This document shows, in pieces, positions 62,806 through 64,000 of a stretch of 64,000 nucleotides of DNA. The position numbers and the translations under genes were made by a program. The stretch lies in assembly GCF_006345805.1 (NCBI RefSeq), contig NC_043010.1, forward strand, positions 18,042,001 through 18,106,000, written 5' to 3'. The number at the start of each line of letters is the position of its first letter. Positions within the stretch are counted from its first letter, which is position 1. The notes below the pieces were generated by a model, which did not search any database, was not told the DNA's origin, and worked only from the letters and a program-made list of their open reading frames with translations. Source of the DNA: Octopus sinensis (Eukaryota).

Positions 62806-64000
62806 AGTATAAAATGTATTTTTAAAAACTAAATGACGATGTAAGGTTTGGGGTTGTGTTGATGAGAGGATGGTTGTATTGTGTGCATCTATGTAATGGT
62901 GATGGATATCATTTCATAATTGGGTCTAACCACTGAGGAATAAATCTGTTTATACTAGACTAGATTTAAACACCAACCCATTCAAATGTCACTTTCCTAA
63001 GAATTCCTTAACCATCACTTCTCATTTATGTGGGTGGTCAGTCCCTGGCAATTGAGAAAGAGAATCCCAGTCTGTGATCTTGCTATACACCCCACCCCAA
63101 TCTGTTGTGTCTCCCCTTCTATACACACTAACCTCTGCTCTCTCTATACACCCCTTGCTCTTTGCTGAATCTCTAAACAAACAATTTAAGTTCATTTTCA
63201 TACAGTAAAAGACAGCAAAGCAACTTCCATGGTCAAGCGGTCACTCGTTCTTTGTGCAGTGTTCAGAGTGGATGGACGTGAAACAGGATTCATTACACTG
63301 GACTTGGTCAGTGACAAGAAGAGGAAATTGCTCCAGTCTATGGCAGAATGGTAAAATGCATGAGAAAATAGTAAAAATGAAATTTCATCATTGTTTATCA
63401 TTTACCATTTCACTTGACACACGTCAGCCAACAAGGGTGCCTCAACATGGTTGCTTAGCCTGCTAGAAATAGCAGCGAAATATCCCACAAGTCACACTCA
63501 AGAAAATTTGGTCTTCAATATATATATATATAAACTAGATGGTCACAGTTGGAATGTCTTTAAGTTGGTTTGCTGAACGAGGAAGGACTTGTTGCTAAAC
63601 AATAACGAACACTGTTCAACAGGTGAGGCATAGATGTTCTGCAATACCTGTCCTGTCACGCTGCAGCTGAGCAGCCACTTTGCCAAAACCACAAACTATG
63701 CAATGTTGAAGCAGCCACCACCACCACCACCATTGTATCTAGACATACTACAGTACAACGTTGCCGTAACAATAACAGCAACCCCTGTTCTGACACTCCA
63801 TTGACCAGCATCTAGAAGCTGGGGCTGAACAATAATCGCTGCAGCCACAAAAGCACATTGTCATTGCTGCTGATACACCACACTCCAATACCACTCCTGA
63901 TACTATATACTGCTGTCACTGCACTCCAATACCACTGCTGATAGCATAGGGCCTTCGGTATTGCTGCTGATACACGACCGAACCCTACTGCTGACATCAC

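Noticed and set aside
63600-64000. Low-complexity CAG/CTG-rich end of the window as a coding exon
   Set aside because: No long open frame with a recognisable product; could be the UTR of a neighbouring gene, but this is unsupported.

Overview
AT-rich, repeat-dense eukaryotic DNA. The SINE repertoire and the abundant (TA)n/(CA)n/(CAT)n microsatellites suggest a cephalopod, most likely Octopus (inference). Most ORFs in the track are spurious. The one clear protein-coding gene is LMAN1/ERGIC-53 on the + strand: 14 GT-AG exons from 38638 to the stop at 62477, about 453 aa, ending in KKFY. I could not find its first, signal-peptide exon in the window. A CpG-rich promoter-like island at about 13.0-13.8 kb probably starts a leftward gene with non-coding first exon(s). 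The rest is transposon-derived: three SINE-like families, RTE, CR1 and R4/Dong-like LINE remnants, two DD37D maT/mariner relics, Merlin-, hAT- and piggyBac-type MITEs, Helitron-like elements and Penelope-like remnants. Best candidates for something undescribed: (1) two near-identical 80-nt C/D-box snoRNA-like elements in consecutive LMAN1 introns with no target I can identify; (2) minimal hammerhead-ribozyme motifs in Penelope-like remnants; (3) a ~960-bp nested palindrome of head-to-head Helitron-like copies; (4) a GC-rich RTE LINE resembling flatworm RTEs; (5) a SINE inserted at the same site within itself in two separate copies; (6) inverted SINE pairs bracketing LMAN1 exons. None of these is verified computationally.
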